64,000 nt of DNA from Pavona decussata (taxonomy: Eukaryota). The notes under the pieces were generated by a model that saw nothing but the letters and a program-made list of their open reading frames with translations, had not been told where the DNA came from and ran no database searches. The position numbers and the translations under genes are program-made. Shown in pieces: positions 14,242 through 26,244 of this stretch (positions within the stretch are counted from its first letter, which is position 1; each line of letters starts with the position of its first letter). The stretch spans positions 1,674,001 to 1,738,000 of the forward strand of contig CDRNST010000008.1 of NCBI GenBank assembly GCA_977016875.1, in the 5' to 3' direction.

Positions 14242-14764
14242 ATTTAGTCAGAGAAGTTCTACAATTAGACAGAGAAGTCTTCCCTTTTGCCGATCATGGT
14301 TTGGGCCAAAATGACATTGAACGTTGTGACAGACAAAATTGGAGATCTGCCCAGAAAATAACATTTCCAAAGGTGCAAGCATCTCTTGAGGCCTTGATTA
14401 ATGGCACAGCACAGGGCGTCCTCCTGATATCACACTGTTAGGAATGAATATGTACCTTTTATTCATCTCGTATTATGTGGAGATCTTCAGCAGTTGCATG
14501 TCATCTTTAACCACTAGAATCCAATATGCAGCCATCGTTACCCACTTCCTGGCAATCTGCAGGAATTGGATCTATCGACACAGACATTTAAAGCTTTCAG
14601 TGAACTCTATATCCAGAGAGACCTACACAGATGTCCTTTTATCCACTCATTTTACGGTGATGATTATCGTGTATGTAAGAGATTTTCAGCAGGACTGTCT
14701 GCTTGACAAAACTGGATCCACCCTTCATCTGCCCCATTATGTGGGAAATTAATGTTGCACTTTG

Positions 14765-14957
14765 TTTTACCCACCCTTTATTCCTTATGAGATTTAATTT
14801 GGCCTATAACCTATTTTTGTGTGACAATCACATTCGGCTGTGAATACTGACTATGCGCATGCGTCTAGCTATCTCATGTCATCCCTTGGTGCAGATTGAT
14901 GACTCGATAGAATTCCAATCAAACTTCTACTTACAGGTAAGTCTCGTTTAATTAATC
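14765..14957 (+). mobile_element. Orphan right terminus of a DIRS element
   Basis: GCGCATGCG...CGATAGAATTCCAATCAAACTTCTACTTACAGGTAAGTCTCGTTTAATT closely matches the DIRS right end at 61794-61887. Confidence 0.75.
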
Positions 14958-15029
14958 AATGTTATTGGTTTCGAGAACTACCCTTCGCATAGAGTACGGA
15001 ACCTGGACTCATTACCCTGTGATCCAACA

Positions 15030-15198
15030 ACCACGATGCATGTTAAATTTCTTGGAAGTAAGGCAACCAATGTTCTGGCAGAAGCAAGTACTTGCTCACT
15101 CACCCTTTCCATTACTATTGTTCATGAGGAATACGGTGTTTTCAAGGAGTTCATGTCAGAGTGTATCATGTGGAAAATTTGGTTTTGCAAAAGTGTAA
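15030..15198 (+). pseudogene. HECT E3 ligase C-terminal fragment (G2E3-like)
   Basis: LAEASTCSLTLSITIVHEEYGVFKEFMSECI followed by a frameshifted GKFGFAKV*, resembling the HECT P-x-A-x-TC...F..A-I...GFG ending. Confidence 0.55.
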
Positions 15199-15329
15199 AT
15201 TATTCTTTCATTGGGATACCAGCCATGTTATGCGTTCATGGAAAACATTTTAATTCAATACTATTGCCACAGGCCATTACTTAGTGGTAATAAGCCTCAA
15301 ATTGGGTTTTTATTTGTATGTGCAAGTGA

Positions 15330-17240
15330 CTTGATGATAAGCTTTCAGTCATTTGAAGATGGTGTTTAAGCCTAATCACTAAGCTTCTCTGTTTGCCCGA
15401 TGTTTCGAGGCAGAGCATTATATGCGTGAGCACCATTTCTTCTAAAACATCCCGGGTACTTCCCTGGTAACAAGTGGAAAACGCAGCAGGTCATGGCCCC
15501 TAGTGTTATAGCTATGAATTTGATAGACATGCTTAAACTCTGAAAGCAGGTATGATGGCGCCATATCATGAAGACATTTATAGACTAAGATGCACTTTAG
15601 ATATTCCCTGCACCTTGTAGGCTGGGCCAGCTGAGCATTGACTTTAAATTATCAGCACCAACAGAACCACCTTCAATGATACAGGTGGCATGTCTGTTGG
15701 ACTCGTCCAAATAAGCCTTCCAACACCACAGCTGTCTCACCCAGACGAGCAACAGTCAAACAGTGGCAAAACTATAGTATTATAAAGCATAAGAGAAGTA
15801 GCTTTTGGAACAACCTTACGCACTTGATGTAGCATGCCTAATCTAGACGAAATCTTATTGCCAATACCGTATTTACTCGAATAAGCGCCGCGGCACTTAT
15901 TTAATTTTTCGTGTCTCCTGTGCGGCGCTTATTCGAGGGCGGCGCTTATTAAAAGGCTCAAACCACAAAGCCAAAACATTTTGATTGTACAAGCAAATGC
16001 TGACTATCTCCATACTGCAAATGTTACAGGGAAGAGAAAGAGGGAGGTTGGGCTTGTCGTACCGGCGAAGTTTACAGCCTTCACGCAAGAACTGAAGAAC
16101 GCAAACATTTTGAAGAGAGAACTGAATGAAAGAGCATCTTGAGATATACTCACTTCGAACTGAAAAACATCACTATTGATGAAAATAAATTCCCATTGCT
16201 GGCTAAGAACCGCATTGCAGCGATTGCAGTGTATTTTTATCATCTTATGGAAATACTCGAATAAGCGCCGCACCGGAGCTGCGGCGCTTATTCGAGGGCG
16301 GCGCTTATTAACCATTCCGCTCCATGTGCGGCGCTTAATCGAGGGCGCCGCTTATTCGAGTAAATACGGTATATTCTATATGGTCCTTGCTGGGTAAGGT
16401 GTGGTCTAAAAGGACCCCAAGATATATTAAAGTATTGAACCTTTTCTAAGCATGTATTGTCGATATTGATCAATAGATTTTCTGCTATTGCAATTTTCTG
16501 ATGCGTGCCAACTAACATAATCTTATTTTTATCTACGTTAAGTATTAGAAAATTGGCATGAAGCCAGCTTATGAGATTAATTATATTGGTAGAGAGCTGG
16601 TTTTGGATTTCATTGACTGAATCACTTGAAGAATAGATAAGAGTATTGCCAGTATAGAGCTTAACACTACATCCAACAACTACTCAAGGCAAGTCGTTTA
16701 TGTAGATTATGAATAATGGCAGGCCTAGGCACTACCCTGGGGTACCCCAAATGATATAGGCTGGGACTCTGACGTGACCCCACTGGTACAAACACTTTGG
16801 GTGCGGATGGTCAAGTAAGACCTAAACCATTGGACTGCAGAGCGATTCATTCTGAGTGAGGATAGCCTTTCTAACATTGTGTAGTGGTCCAGAGTGTCAA
16901 ATGCCTTGCTAAGGTCAAGAAACACTGGTCCTGTCAGTAGTCCTTTTTCAATGTTCTTCAGTAGATTGTTTGTTATAAGAGTGAGGCATGTTGATATTGA
17001 TTGAACTGGTCGAAAGCCAGACAGATTGGACAAGAGAGGGGAGCTTGTGTTCTTGTAAGTAATTGTTGACCATCCGGTGAACAGCACGCTCAAGTATTTT
17101 GGAAGACAAAGGAAGTACTGAGATCAGTTGGAAGTTTGAAGGGTCTGTCTTCAGGCCGGCTTTGTGGACTGGGTGACCACAGTATGTTTTCATTCAGATG
17201 ATATTGTTCCTTCGTTGATGGTTCTGTTCATAAGTAGTGA
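15330..17240 (-). mobile_element. CR1/L2-clade LINE, reverse transcriptase and 3' region, decayed and interrupted by a MITE
   Basis: Motifs DPSNFQLISVLP, FLDLSKAFDTLDH, GVPQGS, IYINDLP, LYNTIVLPLFDC and YKCLHDMAPSYL. Confidence 0.85.
15867..16369. mobile_element. Tc1/mariner-type MITE with TA TSD
   Basis: TIR CCGTATTTACTCGAATAAGCG at both ends, with TA at 15865-66 and 16370-71. Internal GCGGCGCTTATTCGAGG repeats. Removing it restores the LINE frame KDHIEYIGNKISSR. Confidence 0.9.
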
Positions 17241-17469
17241 TAGTGGTCCAGTAAGATATTAGTTGGTATGACGCCTAAAGGAGCAATCTCTTTTATGTCG
17301 AGAGCTTTAGGCAAAGTAATCACACAGAAATTGGGTTTTTAGATTATTTAGAACATGGGGACTTAGTGGTAGCAGGCAGGGGATCTCTGATAGCTAAGGA
17401 TTTAGACTTGGGATCTGGCAAATGAACAGTTTGGCCCTTTAAGAGAGGTAAGCTGGACCGCTTGGGACC

Positions 17470-18062
17470 CATATCTTCAAAAAGACATTGTTGACCTTCA
17501 GAGGATCCAGGGAAAAACAGCTTGGTTCTGTACTAACAACTACCACCCTAAAGTCAGTCTTACTGAAATGCTTCATGACCTAGGATGGGCTAGCCTGGAG
17601 TTCAGAAGAACTATGACCCGATTAACCCTTCTATACAAAATGAGTCCTGGGCAAATTGAAATCGATGTAAACACTTATCCCAACCCCTACACTGAACGTA
17701 GAACTCGGGAAAGAGATCTTTATAGATATAGACAGGAAAAGGCTAAGAAAATGTTATTTCTATTCCTTTTCTCCAAGGATCCTAAGAATATGGAACAGTC
17801 AACCGGCGGACATAGTAGAGTCAAACTCTCTAGTTACTTTCCAATCTGAGTTACTTAGCTACTTAGTCAAGAATTGCTAGACTTTAATTTCTATTTAATT
17901 TTACCATTTTTTGTACATTATTTAACTTTATCTATTTATTTTCATAGTCATTTATTGCAAGCATTGTTAATAGTTCTTTTTGTTCCTCTCTTTAATATTT
18001 AGGACAGTTGGTGCGATATCTGTATAGATTTTACTGACTAAATAAATGTAGATGTACATGTA
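17470..18062 (+). mobile_element. 3' fragment of a second LINE (CR1/L2/RTE-X-like)
   Basis: MLHDLGWASLEFRRTMTRLTLLYK...RRTR...YSFSPRILRIWN, followed by an AT-rich 3' UTR, AATAAA and a short ATGTAG-type tail. Confidence 0.7.
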
Positions 18063-18394
18063 ACATATCGTGCCATGGTAGTACTGAAAATCATTCAGAA
18101 AAAATTTTTTCAGAATCCATTCCTAACCATGCAAAGCTTCTTCTTGCTGGATTGTTGAAAGTGTTGTACACAACATTCACAGGATTGAGCATAATGTTTT
18201 CCCCCACTTTGCACTTCCTTTGCCAAGGATATTGTGGTACTTACCTCTTTGTACACTGCTGCGATACTTCGTATACAGCTGATTTGACAAAGGTGGTATA
18301 AAAAAAGCATAAAAGCGTACTCGACAATACCGAAAGGCATTATGGGCTGTGGTAGTTTACTGTTTCATCGTCAAGTTCATGAGTTTTCGGTGCG

Positions 18395-19750
18395 ATGGAA
18401 GGCGGAACTATGAACATTTGTCGGCGTGTGTTAAAAGAAACAAACAAGAGTAGGTACGACACCTATTCAGTAAAGGGCGTGCCCTTATGTGAGAAAGTGT
18501 TCACTTTAAAGCAATACCTCCTCGAAAACTGCAGAGGGAAAATCGCTCCCACGTCATCCATAACATTCCAAATTTGGTACTACGCCGACGGAAAGAAAAA
18601 GTACTCCATATCAACGGAGATCCAGCTTGCTGAGGCGTTATCCTTGGCACAAAACGGCATCATAACCTTGTGGGTGGACCCAAGACCCTCCAAGAGTTCA
18701 GCCAGGAAAAAAGAGGAAAGGTATTGTTTACAAATGCTATAAAACAAGGCGCGTTCTGCCTCACTTCAAGGTCAACTGCAGGTTCTTATTTGTTTCACTG
18801 TCATCATCATTTTCTAAAATAAGCTAAACCCAGCTGCAGTACTGCGGTGAGTGAAAGTGAAGAAGATGATGACGAAAGAAGAGAAAGTAGCTATGATGCA
18901 TGCTTGTTGAGACTGCAAAAAAAAAAAACCAAACACAAGCTTCCAGAATTCAAGTTATGTTGCTGGCTGCGAATGATGGTGAGGAAAATCACAGATCATT
19001 TCCAGTCAGCTGAGGCATATTTAATCCAGATTATTAGAATACAACATCTTTGTAACGTTGTTTGAATATTATCTTTTAGAGTAGGAGTTGAAGAAATTTG
19101 ACAACTATTCATATCAATTTAGGACAAACGTACAAAAATAGCATGAACTGCACGTGGAGTAATGCACGCTTTATCATGCACTGAAACAAAACGTTTAATA
19201 ATCGGGAAGCAGGTAAAATATTACATTTCCTTCCCCCGTATCACTTATCACTGATTTCCTGAAAATATTGCTTGATACCTACTGTACATACTATTTTACA
19301 AATTTTGAAGCAAACCTCAAAATATTAACTGCTCCTCATAACACCTGGGGCTCATTAATGTGGCTATTAAAATACAGGTATTAGTGTTGTTTTTTGTTTT
19401 AGGTAAACGGATCCCATGACAACGAAGACAACCTTCCAGACATCCCATTTTTTACTGGGAAGGATGTTTGGTCAAACACACCCAACCATCCAGCAATGAA
19501 TCCACTGGGAATTCTACGGACGTTGAAAAAAGGTAAGCACCTTAACATTTATCCTACGGGTGGATTTTTATGTCTTCATGTATTCAGTTTCAATTAATTA
19601 GCTGATTTTTTTTTGGTTTAGACACGTATCTGTAGTGCCATCCTTCAGCAGCTGGAGGACCTTAAGATTTTGAACGGCAATGGTGTTCTTTACGAAAATG
19701 AGTTTGCTTCACAGAAGGACAAGCTGTTGGCAGAACTGAGTTCTTTGTAA
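18395..19750 (+). pseudogene. Four-exon accessory gene with a C-terminal SHOCT-like motif, convergent with the Tc1 transposase
   Basis: Approximate exons: 18395-18720, ~18830-18979, 19402-19533, 19622-19750. The protein ends LQQLEDLKILNGNGVLYENEFASQKDKLLAELSSL*. Confidence 0.6.
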
Positions 19751-19759
19751 TTAAAACCA

Positions 19760-21086
19760 AATTCATAATTTACATGAATAGTAACTGTTGTAAACAAAAG
19801 TCGAATATAGTTTCTGATGTCTTCATCCGTCACTTGAACAAATCCTTCTTCAACCATAAGTTCTGGATCCATGCAAAATTGCCAGGCCATATCGTTTTAT
19901 ATGATCCAGCTCTCTACTTGTCCAAAAAGTTCCTCACACGGCATGAAATCAGGACTGTTGGGCAGAAGAAAAACAAAAATTGCTCCCGTTACATTAATTG
20001 TGTCAATTGCTGCTTGCGTGTGGTGGATAGGCGCATTATCTAACAGAGAAATAAGAAATAACGGAAGAAATGATTTTTTGAAAGCAGGCTATTTACAATA
20101 ATGGTTTTAATAGAGAATTTGGACAAGGGTGGAAACAATTATTTTACAATTTAAAAATCCTAATGTTGCCAAAGATTCTATTGCACCTATTATGACCACT
20201 GATCGCAGGTTGATTCCATTAAATGGAAGCAAGTTGGGGCATAGCTTTTCATCCAAAAAGTCTTCAAATGTTGCCCCATTGACGTTCCTCTGATAAACAC
20301 CAAGATCAATCATTCTGTCTGTACAAATAATAGGAATGGCAGTTATGCGTGGTCCCCAGTTCTGTGCCATACGTCTCACTGCAGCTCTTTTACTGATCGC
20401 GCTATATCCATACCTACATTTAAGTCTGCTGTCCTGATGAAATAAAAAAAAGTGACACCACTAAACAATCAGGGCTAAATGATAGTAAAACAGAGAACGA
20501 AATGTTGTTTTAGACAGCAAACAACCACATACAAATCCGCTTTCATCCAAAAACACCAACATCTCAGGATCCAGGAGACAGACATTAGACCTGAAAGTAC
20601 TCTGTCTGCTTCAGATCTTTGAAGGCCAATGAATGATTATTAGCTTTTAAAAAACAATGAGTGATTATAAAAAAAAAAATCAAGCATTTTTTTTCTTAAA
20701 TTTACATAAACAGGGAAAAATCAAAATGTAGCACTGACAAAAAATATGTGACAAACCTTTTTTCAGCTAAAACGGTTCCGTTTCTAATACAGCAATATGC
20801 TCAAAAGAGCACGTTCTGACCCTGACTGTTAGTAGACATTCTGAGCAATTTCTGAGAGGGTTTTTTCTGGGTGATCAAGTACCGCTTCCACTATTACAAA
20901 GTCCACGTGTGGATGCATAAGAAAGTTATTTATCAGTCGTCCCAAAGTCTCTGCTTTCACTTCTACAGAATTCAGGCATTTTGTTATGTACTGAAGAATG
21001 GTTTTTGGCGACATGTGCAAAGCAGCTGCTACCTCCTTAATGCTGTATCTTAGAAACTCTTTCATCCACATTGCCCGCCATCTCAA
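19760..21086 (-). pseudogene. Intron-containing IS630/Tc1-mariner transposase (approximately DD34E)
   Basis: HTH region LRWR...VAAALHMSPKTI, then FLDESGF, LLPFNGINLRSVVI, DNAPIHH and SPDFMPCEELF. Three introns, plus stops and a frameshift. Confidence 0.85.
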
Positions 21087-21428
21087 GTCAAGGCATTATA
21101 GATTCTGAGCTTTTATTGAAATTTATTGGGTATTTCCCAGACTACCTTTCAGCATTGCCGTGTGCGCTTTTATGCTTTTTTAGACAACCTTTGCCCAATC
21201 AGCTGTATACTGAGTCGGTTTTTCCATTCGCTTCTAGATTTTTTGAAAGTACTATTTTTGTCACATTAGCTCGATATGTCGCTGGCGAGAAAACATTTTC
21301 AAAGACGGATGATTGTGTGACTAGAGACAGCCAGGATTACTTCCCTTGTCCGAAAATTCACTGATTTTATCTGATTCTATATTGTGATCACAAGTAATAC
21401 TTTCCAAAGGTCTTAAAAAAACTCAAAT

Positions 21429-21629
21429 GTGAGCAAATCGCAACTGAGAAATTATTACGGCAAAGATACTAATTACAGAATGTTCAAAAATATCCCGAAA
21501 GAATTACATCAAATGAAAAAAACCCATATGGACAAACTGAGGGGAGCCAGACAAGAAGGAAAACCAACCAATTTTAGTAAATCAGGGCCGGACAAACTTT
21601 GTATAGATGGCAAATACGTTAAAATGTAA
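21429..21629 (+). mobile_element. L1/Tx1 ORF1 C-terminal fragment
   Basis: NIPKELHQMKKTHMDKLRGARQEGKPTNFSKSGPDKLCIDG resembles L1-clade ORF1 endings. Confidence 0.55.
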
Positions 21630-21789
21630 AATTAATTTGGCTCAATGTTCATTTTAATTTAAGGTACTTCACTATCATTCATTGTGATTAGGACTATTTT
21701 TGTGTCACCTTTGTTTTTTCTCTGGCTAGTTGTTAGCTTCAGCAGTTTTTATCTACAAATGAAATGGAGCAAGATAATTATTTTCAATT

Positions 21790-23910
21790 AGTGCTCTATA
21801 GACACCTTGAGCCAGCGGTTATTGTCGGCCACGCATGCGTATTACACGTCTCCTCGTGGGCCTGCGGTTGATTACTCCGCCATCTTGTAGAGGCTCCGTT
21901 GTTCTTAGTAAAGTGTTTGTTGTTCGCTTACATCGTGTCGTCTCTCCTCATTACTGGCGTGGTGGCAGCCGTTGGAACTTACCCTTGTCTCGTACTTAGA
22001 GACAGCCAACCCATAACGGATCGTCGACCGATTTCCAAGCGAGGAACTAGCGAAACAGCTTAGTCAATAGCTATATCAACAATACACAAAGACTCACAGC
22101 TAAGTACACATTCTACCTTTTCGCCATTCCTTCAAGAGTACGAAATGAATCCAAGAGCACCAAAGCATTGGTCCTTAACCAAACAGGAATCGATAACATC
22201 ATTTGAAGCCTGGAGACAAAATCTTTAGTACATTTTTTCCCTCGACCGCAATTTCGCAAGTTTTCTTGCTGATGGCGTAACATGGTTGAAGAAATCCCGT
22301 GGCAGCCCTTGTCGCAGCCTCCAGGACGACCCTGAATCCATACCTCAAGCTTCTCGTAGAACAGCACAACAAAAGTGTACTCATCTTAAATTAGTGCTTG
22401 GACAAATTGCGAACTATTGTCCCGTAATTTCTTGTAACACAATTGTCAAGGACTCAACTTCCATAAGCTCCATCTAGCAAGTGTTTTGCCTTCACTTCGG
22501 ATTCCAGTCAACCAGCGCTCACTTTGTCCACTTCAATAACATCACACTTGCCCCTGCTGAGCGCCCTGAGGATCTTTATCAACGTCTGATGTCCTTTATC
22601 AAAGATAATTTGTGATTGGCAAATGGAAGTATCTCACACCATGGCAAGGTTCCCGGCGCCTACAAGGAAATGTCTCCTACTCTCGAAAATCTTGTAGTCC
22701 TCACATGGTTGAGATTAGTCCACCCTGACCTCCCCAATTTGGTTAAGCAACGCTACGGTACCGAGCTCCGGTCCAAGTCTCTTGCATCCCTCAAACCTGA
22801 AATTTCTCAAGCATTGGATTCCCTCTAGGAAGAGATCAATAACAATGCCGATGCTAAAATTGTGCGTTCAACGGCATCGAAGCTCAGACAGCCACCTCTG
22901 AGGGGTCCTTATAACCGCTTCCAAAAGGCATGTACTAAACCACAAGTCAAGTCTTGCCCCTTGTGTAAGCAGGCTGGACCTAATGACCGTCACTTCTTAA
23001 GTCAGTGCACTTACCTACCTGCTGAAGACCACGCTTTCCTTGCCAAAGCACGCTTTGCAAGTTGCCTTGATGACGAAGATGACCTCACCGATTCTGATTT
23101 CTTCCATTCACCTGATGTGGAGGACTTCATTTCTTCTCCCCATTCCTCGGCCAGGGTTGTGTCTCGCCACGTGAGCACAAAGCAGTCTCCCCATTTCAAT
23201 GCCTTCTACCATCACCACTCGCTTAAACTCACCTTGGACACTGGTGCCGAAACCAGCATGATCAAGGCCTCTGTCGCCCGTAGCATTGATGCCCCCATCG
23301 TAAAAACTTCCCAGCAGGCCCTACAAGCAGATGGAGTTATGCCTCTCGTCGTTGTTGGCAAGACCCACCTCACTCTTTCTCGAGCTGGCAAGTGCCTGAC
23401 CCTTGATGCCCTCGTACTGGAAGACTTAGATGTCGATGTTTTAGCTGGAACGCCATTTATGATCACTAATGACATATCCATTCGCCCAGCAAAGGGACAG
23501 TTTCTTATCCAAAGCTTTGAAATACTGGCCTACCACCATCCCGAGTTAAGTGCCAGTTCCCAGGCTCACGCCATCCATCGCACCCAGTCTTATGTGTTAC
23601 GCTCGTCCTCCTCTACAACAGTGGTCCTCCCTGGGGAATATCTTGAGCTGAGCCTACCACCTAACATAGATCCCGATTGTACCTTAGCCATAGAAGCCCG
23701 TACCGATGCAGCATCCAACAAATACTCCAACCGTTCACAACTTTGGCCTCAGCCCCAAATTGTGGAGACATTAGCTAGAAGAGTTCGTTTAGTCAACGAC
23801 ACTGCTGAGCCAAGGACAGTCCGTGGCCACGAAGATCTCCGCCAAGCTCGTCACACCACAGCCGTGGTTCCCACTTCACCTGTCGGACCACACCCATCAC
23901 CTTCCCACCC
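21790..23910 (+). mobile_element. Gypsy LTR retrotransposon 5' half (LTR remnant, PBS, gag, protease)
   Basis: PBS TGGTGGCAGC at 21960-21969. Gag from 22145 (RAPKHWSLTKQESITSFEAWRQNL), a CPLC...H...C knuckle and aspartyl protease LDTGA. Truncated before RT. Confidence 0.85.
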
Positions 23911-23914
23911 TGGT

Positions 23915-24412
23915 GAGAAGGTGATTGGTGGGAAGGTGATTGCTCGACGACTATGAAGTTGAAATAAGCGAAGTATTGGACAAGGACGACGACATAACGC
24001 TGTTCAGTGTGGGTAGCTCCTACATGTGTAGGAATTTAAACCAAGTCTGCGACTACTTTGAGGGCACAATACCTCTCTATTTTCATGACGAGTTTAAGGG
24101 TCACTTCAGAATGACAAGAGAAACTTGTGAGCTGTTCACTCGCACTGTCATGCCCACAGGAAGGATACCACGTGGGAATGGATCTGGGCGAGCTGCCAAG
24201 TGGAACACTGATATTGAGCAAAAGAATTGAAAGCCATGTTGAGTTCGATCTCTGGGCTCTGAGAAACTGGGCACGAGCAGGAATGGTCGAATGGAACAGA
24301 ATTTTCCGGTTATTCCAACTTTCCGGAATTTAAGGCCAACCTCAGAAAATGTCTGCTCCATTCGATCCCAAACCCGTAATTTCCAGAATTTTTGGTCGAA
24401 TGGAAAGCGCCC
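23915..24412 (+). mobile_element. PIF/Harbinger remnant: transposase N-terminus plus one terminal repeat
   Basis: FKGHFRMTRETCELF (Harbinger FRM motif), then a repeat-rich end ...GGTCGAATGGAAAGCGCCC. Confidence 0.6.
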
Positions 24413-26244
24413 CTTTGTCTAACAAAACGTGCCAGTAACCATTGCGTGCATCAACTTTTGTGAATACTTTGGCCTTGGCTAAAGAAGGCAAGACATCTTC
24501 CATGACTGGCAAAGGGTACCTCCTCACGCTTGAGGGCGAGGTTGAGCTGTTTTGGGTCAAGGCAAATTTGCAGGTCCCCTAGCAATAACCAGGTTGCTGA
24601 CCCAGTCTGTTGGCTCTTCAACTGGTGCAAGTACGTCCAGCCTTACAAGACGGTCCAGCTCAGACACTAACTTTGGCTTGATAGCAAAGGGAATATATCT
24701 GGAAGGTAAAATTATAGGCGGAACGGAAGGATCAACTTCTAGTCGCTGTGTTCCTTCTGCGTACCCACGTCACCTTCAAATACGTCCTTGAATTCTTCAA
24801 TTAGCTGTTTGGCTGTCGGAGTGCAAACATGGGTTGTCGCTGCAGCAATCTGCTTTAAATTCTCACTGTGAAATTTGATCAATCCCATGCGCTGTATGAC
24901 TTTTGCTCCAAGTAGTGGGGTGAGATCCTCGTTCACGACCAGAAATTCAACCAAGTACTTTTTTCTGTTTTAGGATTTCTTATTGTCATCCGTGTTGTAC
25001 CAAGCTTTTAAGATTTATTCCACATTTGCAGTATACGATCAGTGGGCGTCACAACTTCATCTGTTATGAACTTGATTGGAAGTACATTTATGGTTGCACC
25101 GCAATCCACGTAAAATTAGACAGATCGGTATTTGATAAGCATCTGCGCATAGCTTTCTTTTGATTCTTCCATCACAACATTAATGGTTTCGGACGTCAAA
25201 AATACAGTGTCAATGTAATCGGAGTCGCTACTTTCAACTTCTGTGACGGCATTTGCAGTACTATACTTCTTCTTTTTGCTTTCCCAATGCTGGTCATAAA
25301 TCTCGACATGCTGGGTGATTTCCACTGCAGTTGTAGCAATCTGTGATGTTTTTCAAAATGGTGGTGTTTGGTTTCACACGTACGACACGCGGCGCATTGC
25401 TCGGTTGCCTCAAACTGCTGTTAGGTTTCTTTTCTACGCTGACCTTGTTGATACCTTCCTCTTTAGGTTGCTGGCCCATAAGCTTGATTTGCGATATCGA
25501 TGCTTCATCGGTATGGCAGATGTCGATGCAGTTTTGAAGGGTTAATTTTCCTTGCTGTAGTAAGCGTTTTCGCGTGCAGGCATCGCAAATACCAAGCACG
25601 AACAGGCAAGATGGCGCAGATGTGTAACATATTTCTCCATGCTTTCGCTGTCTTGTTGGCTCTAACTGTTGAAGATAAACCTCTCGTAGGTTTCCTTGAC
25701 ATCGCCGACAGCATACTTCTCAAATTCTTCAACGATCAATGTGAGGTTTTGCTTATCTTCCTGTGCCAAATCGAAGCTATTGTATGTTTTTACAGCCTCT
25801 GGACCAATGCAATATAAGAAGAGAGCTACCTCGTAATCTTCCGTTTGTTTATCCAGTTGGGTTATGATACTGTAATTCTCCCAATGCTGGCGACATCCTT
25901 TCCAGTTATCGACTTTGTATCGACGTTTCAAATTGAGTCCCATTGGCGGCTGTATTCCGTGGATTTGTGATGGCGCATGTAGGACCACATTTTGCGCTAA
26001 AGAAGCAGCTGACGAAGTTGCTGTGGCACCGCTCGTGGTCGGTGCTTGTTCTGAGTCACCCATGTAGGTTCTTTACCTTTTTGACACCATATTTCGTAAT
26101 GCAAATATAATTCAAAGATCCAGTTTATTGACAATGCTTTCAGTAGGTTCAATCAGAACAACATTGTAAAAGTAGACAAGAGACATAAACATTAGACCAT
26201 ATGACTGGCGTACGATTTCATAGACATGTGCTAATTACACAACA
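24413..26244 (-). mobile_element. Gypsy (Mag-like) LTR retrotransposon 5' half
   Basis: LTR ~26090-26244 starting TGTTG, PBS TGGTGTCA (26089-26082), gag from 26063, protease VDCGATINVLP and RT start YPLPVMEDVLPSLAKAKVFTKVDARNGYWHV. Truncated after that. Confidence 0.9.

Larger units (their letters stand above)
11650..14752 (+). pseudogene. Decayed P-element/THAP9-like DDE transposase with an N-terminal zinc-finger-like region, split by SINEs
   Basis: CGPC...HIDSHGH zinc finger. SDGDSRRQKLML and DQDYIHNHKKLLNPLD resemble the second catalytic Asp and the DxxHxxK motif of P-like enzymes, followed by DRQNW. Many stops and frameshifts. Confidence 0.55.

Noticed and set aside
18062-21420. TIRs for the IS630/Tc1 element
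   Set aside because: No convincing inverted match or TA-flanked termini were found by eye.
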